In this document: positions 52,127 through 64,000 of the stretch, in pieces | How positions within the stretch are numbered: position 1 is the first letter of the stretch | Layout of the letters: each line of letters starts with the position of its first letter | Source of the DNA: Eledone cirrhosa | Lineage: Eukaryota | Assembly: GCA_964016885.1 (NCBI GenBank) | Contig: OZ024743.1 | Location: 171,368,001-171,432,000 of the forward strand | DNA: 64,000 nucleotides | Direction of reading: 5' to 3' | Translations under genes and position numbers: made by a program | Notes under the pieces: model-generated | Database searches by the model: none | Told to the model about the DNA's origin: nothing | Seen by the model: only the letters and a program-made list of their open reading frames with translations

Positions 52127-53363
52127 ACTCTGATTATTCTCTTTTTAATTACCCTTTCTGACTTACTTTCATTCTTATCCTTGTCAATAATTTCATTTAT
52201 TTTCACTTTTATTTATTTTTTTTTAATTTTTTTTTACTTCACCCCCCCCCCCTTTATTCTCCGATCCACTTCCTATTTTCTATTTTTTACTTCCCCCTCT
52301 TTTACTTCCCTTGTTCCTCTACTAACTGATTATACTTGTCTTTTGTGTTTTTCAATCCAGATATATTTTTCATTTTTATTTTTATTTTATTTTTGCGCAG
52401 CCTATCCTACAATTTTATATTTGTATTTATTTATCCACATTTCAATATGGCTGAACGCCTTAATGTGTGTATACTTTTTTTACGTATGTACATGAGTGAC
52501 TACGTATGTGCGCGCGCGTGCGTGCATGTATGTGTATATATATATATGTATATATGTATATGTACGTGTATGTATGCGTGTGTGTACTGGTGTTTGTGTG
52601 TGTGTGTGTGTGTATATTATGCGTATGTGTAAGTGTCTTTATATCCGTGTTTTTGACATTTCGGTTTTATATTTTTTTGTTTCGTTTTTCTTTTTTCTTC
52701 CCCCCCCCCCTTCCCTCTTTTGTTCCTTACCCATTTTCATACATGGGCATGCAAACAGGTTTAATTGCGCGAGTTTAAGTATGTGTATGTGTGTGTGTGT
52801 GTGTATGTATGTATCGAACGTATGGAAGTGTAAGTGAGCGTGTGTATATAAGCATAATTATTTTTACATTTCTTTTGTGAGATACGCGTGTCTGTGTATG
52901 TATGTACCCCCGCTTTTTTTGTTTTCTTTAATTTTTTCTTTCTATCTTGTCTTTCTAATTTATCGTTACTATATTTTTATAAATATATCGTAATAGATAC
53001 TTTTCTTTTATTTATTATACTCTCTTTATCTCCTTTCTTTCCGCATCTTAGTGTATGTGTCCAGGCGTTTTTATGCGCGCGACTTTATTTTCTTATTTTT
53101 ACGAAGTAACCATTTCCGTCTGTATAATACAGACATATAGATACATTTGCCCTAAACTTTTATAATTACGCACACTTTCTAACCATACATTTACACGTGC
53201 ACATATACATATATGCACATCTATGAGCGTATATACATACACATACACACACCTAACTATTTTTCTTGATAGATTTTTATATATTTCAATTTCTATTTCA
53301 TTTATCTATATATTTTTTTTGATTTTCTTGATGTGTTTTTCTAAGTATTTGCCCATGTTTTAT

Positions 53364-53441
53364 ATTGCCTCGTCTGACGAACGAATGAAGTCGTTTATTT
53401 CGTATTCGCCTCATTCGGGAAACCTCTGGTAATGAGGTAAT
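53364..53441 (+). ncRNA. Type I hammerhead ribozyme
   Basis: Stem I attgcctcgt/atgaggtaat (10 bp), CTGACGA, stem II cgaatga/tcattcg, GAAA, 3-bp stem III, GUA cleavage triplet at 53429-53431. Confidence 0.75.
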
Positions 53442-53462
53442 TATATTGTATTGATTTTATAC

Positions 53463-53509
<47 letters not shown>

Positions 53510-54029
53510 CAGCTTCTACCAGCTTCTTCGGCCGCCCTCAAGTGGTGATTATTAAGCTTACTTATGTCTCTGATTTTCAGCCCCATGGAATTTGTCTATT
53601 ATATTTGTATATACATATGTATATACAAATATAGATTTAGCGAGAATCGCATTTCGGCGGGTAGAAAAGGTGAAACGAAATGCAAAAATCAGAAATAATG
53701 CTGGCAAACGCTCAATATGTTAAGACGCCATAGCTATCTATCTCTCTTTCTGTCTAACGTGTGGAATATCGCCGGTAAGTTTTTTGTTAATTTCTATGCA
53801 AAAAACCGATATAATTGTTTGAAAAAAATACAACACTTTGTAGATTAACCCCCAAGCTGAATTGTCAGCTGGGTGGTAATCCCATTTTTCGCCCCTGTAG
53901 GGGCGAAAATTTTATTTAAAAGTTTGTCTTAAAATATCCAATTTTACAAAGTAAAAAAAACTGGAGAACGTTAATAGTGAAAAGAGAGAGAAAGAGGCAG
54001 ATATTAACGTTATATCTGCTTCTGCTGCT

Positions 54030-55797
54030 ATGGACGTTGCCATAGATACTGTCACAAAAGAAAAAATTATATCAACATTTGAAAATGTTACAATTTCTAC
54101 CGCCGAAGCGGAGAAAAATGACAATAACACACGGGAAAACACGGCAAAAAAACCCATTGACATACATACACATGAAAAAGACATCAACAACTCTACAGAT
54201 ACATCTACACATAAAATTTCCAACAACGATAACATCATTATTAACAACAACATCACACAAAAAAAGAAAATGTCTTTTGCTGACACAGTCAACAAGAAAC
54301 AAGATTTTATAAATCTTGATATCTCCAACGCAAGAGATATGCTCCAGCAAGGGAGAAAATTTGTAACTTTCGAAGAAAGAGGTGGGTTTAGAATTAACTC
54401 ACCCCTTGAAATAAAGGAAGACACAAACCGCCGATCAGTCACCTTTAGGACTGTGTCAAATTCGTCAAGAAAACCGACATTTGTTAATCAGTCAGATATA
54501 GAAGATTCTTTCAAGGAGATTCTAGCAAATGTCGATTTTCTCCAGCGAGGAAAACAGTACGGAAGCGTTTCCGTACTGTTTAAAAGCGAGACACTGGCCC
54601 AAAAAAACTCTGTGACACCAATAGTGTCAAAAGCATACACCTTTTTCCCTACATACATGGGGAAAAGGACACAAAAAATAAAAATAAAAAACATACCTCC
54701 AAGCATTAACATCTGGTGGATCTTGGCTGGCTTCGTAGAGCCAGAAACAGACATAATACTTTCGATACGAAAATCCATTCGACAAAGGTGGGCGGGCACC
54801 GATTTGGAGATTCTGTTGCAAATGAAACCGGAGAGAATCTCCAAAATACCCGAAAGAGTCGTTATTGATAATAACAACAAAATAAACATTTCGGTAGAAG
54901 GAAGAAAATTTCACTGCTTTCGCTGTGGTAGCACATCTCACCTAAAAGCCTCTTGTCCACAAACACACAACAGCAACATCATAAAAAAACGCTATTACCA
55001 ACACCAACACCAAAACAACCACCACCACCACCACAAGTACAACGACAGACGAAACGAGCAACCACACCAAAACAAACAGACACTCAACCAACAACAACAG
55101 AAAAAACAGAGACAACACCCCTGAAGAACACATCCCCACTCCATCAAACACACATACCGAAACACCACCACCACCACACAACATACCCTTACCCCACACA
55201 CCTGACGATGATTATTCATCGACGGATGAAGCTGCTTCTCCTTCTTTAAGTGAAGAAGAGGGAGAACCGCGGAAATCCAAAAAACAAAAAAAGAGACACC
55301 ACAAAACCCCCAAAACTCCAATCACCAACACCAACACACAACCACAGACACGAACAACAACACAAACAACACCACAGTCAAACACCCCCCTATCAGCAAA
55401 ACCAGCACCAACACCACCCCAAACACAAGCACCCACCATAAAAAGAAAACTCCCAGATGAACAACAAACTAAAACAATACAACAAAAACACAAACAACAA
55501 TACGCATACATCAACACAAACAACAAGAGTTTGATGGAGGTCATCTCCCAAAACCCCAAGGTGGAGACGGAGGGCAAAACTTTCGTCAAGGCAGAATCGT
55601 CTCCACACCTTAAACTTATAAGGGTTTCTATGGAAACCTATAAAGACCTGAAAATTAAATTTTCACAGGACGTGGGCAACCCCTGCCACAAACCCATCAA
55701 CCGCGTCCTGTTGAAAGGCTTCCCCACCCCACCCAACACCCCATCCAGCACCCAAATGGAGATTGCACAACCCGATCTCCAGGAAACGAAAAGGTAA
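54030..55797 (+). pseudogene. Tx1-4 ORF1 (CCHC gag-like), frameshifted after the knuckle
   Basis: CFRCGSTSHLKASC; C-terminal piece 55531-55797 is homologous to Tx1-2 ORF1. Confidence 0.85.
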
Positions 55798-55838
55798 GTG
55801 CACCTTTCGTCCTTTTTCTCCAACTTTTCTTCACCAAC

Positions 55839-58800
55839 ATGGCTGGTTTACGAGTTGGAACCGTGAATGTGCGTGGCCTAGGGATGCCCTGGAAACGGCC
55901 AACTTTTAAACGACCTTAGGTCACACAGTATGGATGTGATAGCCATCACCGAGTCCAGAATCCACAACAGGCAGCAACTAACCCCCATCTTCGACGACTT
56001 TGAGATCTACGCATCTCTCTGTCAGCCAGGAGGTGGAGGTGGAGTGGCTGTTATGTTTCGGAAGAACCTGGACGTCGGAGTACAGCAAGTACACTTGGAC
56101 CCGGAGGGTAGACTGGTAGTCCTAGACGTGAACAGTATCGGAGGTGGAGCCTTCAGACTGGTGGCCGTTTATGCCCCGACCGGGCAATCGCAATCACGGC
56201 CAGACTTCTTTAAGCGTCTAGAGTCTTTTCTGGGAACGTCTCGCTCCTTACTTTTAGTGGGGGACTGGAATGGTATCCTAGATGCACGATGGGACTATGT
56301 GGGAGCATGTCCCAGTAGAGCGGGGTGCAACAGCCTCAAAACTTTAATCGGCCAATTCCAACTGGCCGATAGGTATCGACTGGATTTCCCGACTGCACCA
56401 CAGTGGACGTGGGTAAACCGCAGTGGGACATCTAGATCGTATTTAGATAGGTTCTTCATTAGAGAAAGGGACAAGGATATGTTAAGCTGTCCACGAATGC
56501 ACATGGTTGCCTATTCAGATCACAAGTTAGTCGTCTGCTTCGTCAACCGTGATAGAATACATAGACAGGGTCCCGGATACTGGAAGCTGAATATGTCGTT
56601 GCCGGCACGTAAAGCTTACAGTGAACGGATAAGTAAACTAGTCAAGCAACAGTTAACGGGAGCCATCGTCAACAATAGATGGTGGTACTCTCTCAAGAAA
56701 GCAATTAGAATAGAATCGATAGGGTATAGCAGAGAGTTAGCCTTAGAGAAAAACAGAATAGAAAGAGAACTAGTAGCCAAGGTAGAGGAGGCACTTAGAA
56801 GTGGCAACGCGGCTAGAGTGTTAGCGTCGAGAACGGCACTGGACCAGTTCTTCGATGCGAAACACGAAGGCTGCGTGGTCAGAAGCAAAACACGTGCTCT
56901 AGGAAACGAAGGAGCGAAAGCTGTCAGCTGGGCCCGAGTGGCGGAGGCAAAAAGTGGCAACAAGTCCACGATTCGGTCTTTGAAAGACCAAAACGGACGC
57001 GTGCTACTTGACCCCAAGCAAATGTGCGCGGCCTTTCAGCGGCACTTTGCGCGACTGTTTGAGCAGAACGACGGTGAGCCGAACGGGGCAATGGACTTTA
57101 GTTCATACCTCGACGGCCTGCCGCGTCTCTCGAACACGGACGCCGAGTTCTGCGAAAGACCGATCACGGACACTGAGATACGGGACGCTCTGGGCCGCTG
57201 CGGGAAACGCAAGTCACCCGGTCTAGATGGTCTACCCTACGAATTTTACATAGGCATGCCGGACTTGTTCTCTGGCGTCCTCGAAGCCGTCTACTGCAAT
57301 TGGCAGCAGAACGGGAGAATTCCCAGTTCTGCAGGCAAGGGCGTAGTAACGCTGATCAGGAAAGACGAGAACAAGGGGGACGAAATTAACAACTTCAGGC
57401 CCATAACTCTGCTCAACACAGAGTTAAAGATTTTGGCCAAGGTGCTAGCGACGAGGTTGGCGCTTGTCGTCGAGAACCTGGTAGGGAAAGCGCAAACGTG
57501 TGCAATCCCGACCAGGTCCATACACGACAACCTCCACCTCATGCGATACATCATAGAGAGGGTAGGTAGTAAACCCGGCTTCGGTGGGGCTCTGATCAAC
57601 TTGGATCAGTCTAAGGCATTCGATAGGGTCGACCATCGATACTTGGAAGCGGTTCTCAAGGCGGCCGGTTTCGGTCCCGTGTTCAGAGGATGGATCGAGG
57701 CGATGCACACCAGCATCTGCTCGAGGGTCAAGGTGAACGGCTACCTATCGGAGCCGTTCGCAATCACGCGTTCCATTCGACAGGGATGCCCTCTCTCCTC
57801 CATTCTGTATGTATTGACTCTAGAGCCACTACTGCGGAAATTGGAGCTGTTGCAGGGCATCCCCCTAGAACCGGGACTGCGCAAAGCGGCGTCGGCTTAT
57901 ACCGACGACGTGACAGTAATGGTGTCGAGCACCTCGGAAATCGGGGTGATCGGCAACATACTGAAAGAATACGAAACGCTGACGGGAGCAAAACTAAACC
58001 CAGACAAGTCTGTCGGTTTGCAACTCGGTACGTGGAGAGGCAAACCGATGACATCCGACAGCGTCGTTGGACGCTGGACGGACGGACCGGTGAAATTGCT
58101 CGGGGTCTGGTTCGGTCCAGACCTCCAGGTGGAGAAAAACTGGAACGAGGTCACGGCCAAGGTGTTTGCACTCACTCAGAAGTGGGCAGAGTGCAAACTG
58201 TCCTTGAAAGGTCGAGCGGAGGTGGCGAACACTTTCATAGCGTCCGTCATCTACTACCGCTTGACTGTCGTGCCTTGTCCCCGTGAACACCTCGCCAAGA
58301 TGGAACGCATGCTCTTCCAGTTTCTGTGGAAGAAGCAGGCTCCGCTGGTGAGGAGATCCGTCTGCTGTCAGCACCCTTCCAACGGAGGGCTGGGAATGCC
58401 GTGGCTGATGATGCGCAAACATGCGCTGAGGCTGCGGCATCTCCAGGTATTCCTCACCGACCCCCAACCGGTGTGGGCACCGTTTGTGAGACAGGCTTTC
58501 CCACAGCTCGTCTCGCTAACGGAGCTGCAGTCCTGGGTGAAGAAAAGACCGAAAACGATGGGCGCCTGGCACATTGAATGCGCTCAGGCGCTCACAGTCC
58601 TCTGGCAAGCGGGCGCAGCAATCAGTGGATACTCCACTTCGACATTCTATAGAGGGATTGTACGTTACAAGGGCGACGACGTGCTCGGAGAGACTCTGGG
58701 CGTCGAAGACGATGAGCTCACCAGTATGTTTGGTAGGACTTTCCGCCCGGGACCTATGGACAACTTCCAGAGGTCCCTGGCCTGGCAGTGCTACCGAGGA

Positions 58801-59284
58801 GCTCTACCGGTTCGTGACAAGATCTACAGGCACGGACGCCCTGGCAGGGATCCTTCCAAGAGGACGTGTCCAAGATGTGCGCAGGACATTGAAACAGTTC
58901 TGCACGCAATTGTACACTGCCCGGGGCGTAAGCGACCTGTGGAACTATGCAGAACAACTGCTGTCGCGTATGGGACAAATACAGTTGACTGCCGAATCCA
59001 TAGTAAGGATCAAACCGCCAGACTCTTTCAAAAACGAAAGAGAGGCGGTTTTCCTCTGTACGGTGGCTATGGTGAAAGAAGTTATATGGTGGACGAGGTT
59101 GAGAGGACAGAGGACAGATGCCTTTCTCTCCGGACAACAATTGATTCCATTCTTTAAGTATCACTTTAGAAGGAGAATCAGGGTGGAGAGAGAGGCACTG
59201 CACCCCAGTAAATTTACTGAAAGGTGGGTGAATGAAGCGAAAATGGCCCGAGTGATTGGGCCTTCTCTGTTTATAAGCCTGTAG
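55839..59284 (+). pseudogene. Tx1-4 ORF2 APE-RT-zf; 1075-aa open stretch with frameshifts near 55895 and 58927
   Basis: GDWN, SDH, KSPGLDGLP, DQSKAFDRV, RQGCPLS, YTDD, GGLG, CPRC..H...C. Confidence 0.95.
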
Positions 59285-60435
59285 GTTGAGGAAGAGAGCA
59301 AAAGGAAGAAAGGAGCACTTGCACAACACGCTCCTTGAGTTGAGGGTTGTTCTATCGACGGGGTATTAAACAACCCATTTGTGGCGCCTCCCCCCTATTG
59401 GGGATTTCGATTGTTGAAATTGTTTGTTTTTATATTTTTTACACGACTGTATGTAAAATCCCCGGCATGTCTTTGTATTGTCCCCTTTCTTGTTGCGCCC
59501 TTGTGGCTAATAAAGAAATCAATATGTTAAGACGCCATATACAACTGAAATAGTGGTCAAGAAAGCATCAACTACCTAAGCCAACAAGCAAATCTAGCTA
59601 AACAGGTCAAAACAAAATAAATGATAAAAAACACACATGATAAATATATATATATGTATGTGTGTGTGTGTGTGTGTGTGTGTTTAGCTTTACATGCGTG
59701 TACATTTATACGTATGTGTATATGTATATTAAAAACAATATTTTTATAACTTATAATTTTTTATAATTAAAAAAAATATATTTTTAATATATTTCCTTGT
59801 ATGTCATTTATATGCATCTTTGTGTTTGTGTATATACATATCCATATATTTACATGTAAGCACCTGCATATATGAAATTAGATGCATGTATGTGTAGATA
59901 CGTTTGTGTGTATGTATGTATATTTATGTGCATGTGTAATTGTATACATATGTATATTCCATCCACTACTTTATCCTGCGAATCCCACCAACCTTTTCAC
60001 TAACCCCTCTAATCACTCACCTTTACATTCATCACCTACCTCCTACTGACCAGTTAAAATTCTATGGCTATGCTTACCAGCCATTATCACCTTTTTCACA
60101 GAGACCTAAATATTCTTATTATGTAAGTATGTAACAATATGAAGAAATGCGAACGCAACAAATAAATAGATTTAACTGCAAAGGTAAGAAAAGACAAAAA
60201 CCGCGATAAACAAACCTCTGAGGTAAAGTTCCCTTTCCATTTAATTTGATTTTCTTAAAGACTGGGGTAACCATGTCAGTTAAATATGTCTGAAAGTAGA
60301 AAATATGAAATAAGACGAATACAAATAACGTTTTTCTTTCTTTTTTATAATCCCACACAAAGAAATAATAAAGAGTATTTTTTAACTTTGTTTACTTGAT
60401 ATTAACGTATCAAAATACCTTTCTCCCCCTCCCCC

Positions 60436-60472
<37 letters not shown>

Positions 60473-60638
60473 TCGCTGTATATATATATATATATATACA
60501 TATATATATCCAGGGAGTTACTGCAGGTTCACCCGGGTGAGCACTCGATGTTTAGGTTCACTTCAGTGTCGAGGTGTAGAGCTAGACAGAGTGTATTATA
60601 GTAAAAAGATAACAAGGAAGATTCGTTACTCCTTAAAT

Positions 60639-60722
<84 letters not shown>

Positions 60723-60860
60723 AGTGTAATTTTCTACACAAAACGAAGGTTATAGAGAAAATTGAGGTTGGTCATGGCACATGGAATATATAAGAGACAG
60801 AATACTTTTTTGTGAAAAAACATAATTTTATAAGGTAAGGAAATAATAAAGGGTATAAAA

Positions 60861-60904
60861 AATGACCGGTTTCGATGGGTCTGCAAAAGCCATCTTTTCA
60901 AATG
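60861..60904 (-). ncRNA. Degenerate hammerhead-like motif
   Basis: ttgaaaa (decayed CTGANGA) gatgg...ccatc GAAA CCGG TC. Confidence 0.45.
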
Positions 60905-61219
60905 TTGATTAATATTAAGAAAAATTAATAATACGAAGAGTTAAAATTTGAGACTTGAAAATTCAAGTATAAAATTCATTGTGGGATTTCATAGCAGTTT
61001 TCATCTAGGTAGCAACAACAGGTTGACTGCTGTGTCCCTTTCTGGTAGTGAATGAGAAGTTATTTGGGGTTTGGGTTATTTTATAAAGGTCAGATTTAGC
61101 AATCACCAACTGGCCAGCTGCTGGTCAGTGAGGGGGTGGAAGCAATATACATACACATATCTTCCTGTGATGGGTAGGAGAGTGGAGCGTGATAGAAAGG
61201 GATTTAGTGCACTTACACC

Positions 61220-61358
61220 CATATATACACACATACCTTCATCCACACATACATACATATACATATACATATATATATATATATATACATATACACACAT
61301 ACATACACACACACATACATATACATACACACATACACACACACACATATATACACAT

Positions 61359-61403
<45 letters not shown>

Positions 61404-61452
61404 CACACACACATATATATACATACACATACATCCAGATACACACATACAT

Positions 61453-61483
<31 letters not shown>

Positions 61484-61812
61484 CACACATATATATATAT
61501 ATACACGCACACACACACCCCCACATATATATATACATACACACATACAAACATACACACACACACACACATATATATACACACATACACACACATATAT
61601 ATATACACACACACACACACACGCATATATATATATATATACACATACGCATACATCCAGATACCCACATACATACACACACACACGCACACACAATACA
61701 TACATCCACATGCACATACATACACACACACACATATACACATACATACACCCACACACAGAGAAATGGCCTTCAAATATATATATATATATATATATAC
61801 ATACAGACACAT
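61220..61812. repeat. Compound (CA)/(TA) microsatellite inside the PLE 3' region
   Basis: Seen directly. Confidence 0.95.
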
Positions 61813-62098
61813 ATATTTTTTCCATAATATAAGAAGTTGGGGCAGTGAAATTAAAATACAAGTCATTCTGATCACATTGAGTTCTTCATGTAGATTGGGC
61901 CCCGCAACCGACAGTGGTGAATTCTGTGTGAGCATATATATATAGATATATGTGTGTGCACGTGCAGGGTTTAACATGGATGTGTTGGTCACACAAAGGC
62001 ATGGTCTGTCAATGAATAAACCTGATTCTACAGAATTGGTCTCTGGTCTTTAATAGTAGTGATTCCGTGCGTATGTGTGTTTATATTTTATGACAATT

Positions 62099-62625
62099 CT
62101 ATTGGGGTGATAACCTGTTTAGTTTTGGTTTAAATTTGTTAAGGAATAGATTTTCTTTGTTTATTCTTTGTTGCTGTGTGAACGAATCTGAGCACTTGTA
62201 GAAGGGGAAGATTTTAAAGTTGGGTAGTGTCATTCCTGCGCAGTTCGCAATATGGCTGCTCAAGGGGATTTTTCTTGTGTTAGCGTCCCGGATTTGTTGG
62301 CGGTGGATGGTCATTCTTTTGCGTAATGAGGTGCCCGTCTGTCCTATGTAGTTGTGTTTGCACCCACCGCAAGTTATTGCGTAAATCAAGTTCTCCGAGT
62401 TGCAGGTGAAATTGTTTTTTACTGTAAATGTTTGGCCATCTTTGAATGTAAATGTTTGTCCTTCAGTGAGGTAGAGGCACGTTCCACAGTTTGTTCTACC
62501 ACATTTGGTAACTGTAGGGTTGAGGATTGGTTTGGGTATATTTGGTCCAGTGAGAATGCGTTTAAGTGATTTGGGTTGTCTTTTACTTTTAAGGATCTTG
62601 TGTGTATGCAACTCCATCGAAAAAC
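62099..62625 (-). pseudogene. GIY-YIG endonuclease with upstream Cys-rich linker (inverted copy)
   Basis: LIY...YIG motif, CxxxxCxxC. Confidence 0.85.
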
Positions 62626-64000
62626 TTTTACTTTTAAGGATCTTGTGCGTATGCAACTCCATCGAAAAACTTATGAATACCAACACAGAACAAACGACAT
62701 TGCTCCATATCAAAAACCAAATGGGACACCTCTGGAAAAAACATCTAAAAACCAGAAAATTCACTTTCTGGAATATGATAAAAAAACCTCAACAAAGCTG
62801 GAATTTACCAAAAATGGATTAACTCAACACCGATAGTTTTACCACGTAAATTCCAAATAAAGCATATTACAAACGAACCTGAACCAGAAAGAAAACTCCG
62901 TGAACAAATGTCACTCAACAGGATAAACATGGAAATAGAACTCCTAAAATTAAGGGCCACCTCAAACGAGCAAGAGTATAAGGATACTGATAAAAATATG
63001 GAGGAAGAATGCACTAAAAAGGCCGAGGGAACAACCCTACAAAATTTAATCAAATCGTGGAAACAGGACTGCGAGAATGCAGAAACTATTTCCCTTAAAC
63101 GGTGGGAAAAATCCGAAAACTGGTTCCTCAAATATGAAGAAGACTTTAAAAGGACGCACCAAACAGGTAACCCCTTTATAAAGCATTTGAACATAACAAG
63201 AACTACAACAGACATATTTACACCACCAAACCCAACACATACTAACCACAGGCACATCCCCCACCAACACAAACCAAATACGGCCAACTACACCAAAAGA
63301 AACACACCCAACCACCATAACACAGGTTTCCATAGAAATGCCCCCTACATAAACCAACGACGAAATAACATAGATCCAACTCACAACACACACACCACAT
63401 TCCTCAGAAGAAATCCACCCAGACCACTTGAAATCACAACAGAACTTACCCACAACCACACCAGACATCACCCTCAATCCAACAAAAGACAACCCCCCAG
63501 CCTCAACACTCTGTACCACAGAAATAACGCACCCAGACCACATGAACCAACAACAGAACCCTTGCTCATCAACAACCACAACACACACCACCCCCACCAT
63601 CACATTCACCCTCATGAAACAACAAGCTACAGACCCACACGCAACAGACCAACAAAATATAATCACACACAAAACTACATTCCTTTTTTAGGGAAAAGCC
63701 TGAAATACCAGGATACTCGATGCCCCCCCCCCCTCAGGAGAAACCAAAAATAATCAACCTCTCAAAGACACCTCTAACCAACACACAAATCAACATCTTA
63801 AGTAAGGGCCTGAAATTTACACCTACACCACGTAAACCAAACTTCCCCGAAATGAAGGATGACATCAAGGAATACTGCCGAAAGCTGCGACTAACGGAAT
63901 TCTTCCACAACGACACCAACACTGAAGACGAATCACTGGTTAGAAATAAAAGCAATTTCTGCCCACAAAAGGGAAGAAATAAAGCACTGGACACGTACTG

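Larger units (their letters stand above)
50461..53466 (+). mobile_element. Penelope-like 5'-truncated insertion with inverted pLTR (arms 50461-51796 and 52104-53466)
   Basis: ~1.35-kb near-perfect inverted arms; spacer encodes GIY-YIG C-terminus (KTRYYSH..SF...TALA..IW.LK...C.LC..EK..I...LN.K.EI...CPH); hammerheads; (TA)n flanks. Confidence 0.9.
53733..59518 (+). mobile_element. Tx1-clade copy 4, full length, near intact, 21-bp TSD
   Basis: TSD tcaatatgttaagacgccata at 53712-53732 and 59519-59539; 3' end cccttgtggctAATAAAgaaa. Confidence 0.97.
60750..64000. mobile_element. Neptune-type Penelope-like element: inverted 3' part (minus, ~60750-62625) joined to the plus-strand 5' ORF that runs off the window
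   Basis: Minus: RQPKSLKRIL, CGRTNCGTC, NLIYAITCGGCKHNYIGQTG..R...H, P.LN; plus 63751+: INLSKTPLT..Q..ILSKGLKFTPTP...CRKLRL.EFF. Confidence 0.85.

Noticed and set aside
41348-53466. DNA transposons or Polintons with long TIRs
   Set aside because: Spacers encode Penelope RT/GIY-YIG and the arms contain ORF 3' ends and hammerheads; no transposase or integrase.
53733-53800. Spliced-leader RNA genes (short exon + GTAAGT + U-tract)
   Set aside because: Leader sequences differ between elements, and I see no convincing SL stem-loops or Sm site.
3969-58574. Recurrent antisense ORFs over Tx1 and Dong ORFs
   Set aside because: Shadow frames of homologous RT coding sequence; no independent motifs.
60510-60635. 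Hammerhead-like motif between TA tracts (tcacccgggtga palindrome)
   Set aside because: No complete CUGANGA/GAAA core with closing stems.
61071-61992. Long ORFs on both strands (YIYI/THTH/VCVC)
   Set aside because: Translations of CA/TA microsatellite; the same applies to ORFs at 48-284, 47617-48094, 49800-50444, 51047-53109 and 60396-60755.

Overview
AT-rich eukaryotic DNA that is almost entirely retrotransposon-derived. The tRNA-derived SINE family, dense (TA)n/(CA)n/(AAT)n microsatellites and LINE repertoire suggest a cephalopod (octopus-like) genome; this is an inference. No confident host gene was found. (1) About 3.2-37.2 kb is a stacked array of non-LTR retrotransposons, mostly joined at (AAT)n tracts: Tx1-clade (APE endonuclease) elements all on the minus strand and R4/Dong-clade (RT plus restriction-like endonuclease) elements all on the plus strand. 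(2) About 37-64 kb holds several Penelope-like elements, three of them as long fold-back inverted repeats with minimal hammerhead ribozyme motifs on the arms, including a 1.6-kb non-coding near-perfect palindrome. It also holds a near-intact full-length Tx1 with a 21-bp TSD, RTE fragments, SINEs and a MITE. Most notable signals: a splice-donor motif at the ORF1 stop, 39-45 nt before the ORF2 ATG, in all four divergent Tx1 copies; opposite-strand targeting of (AAT)n by two endonuclease classes; the ribozyme-bearing palindromes; and a perfect 27-bp x ~22 array at the 5' junction of a truncated RTE.
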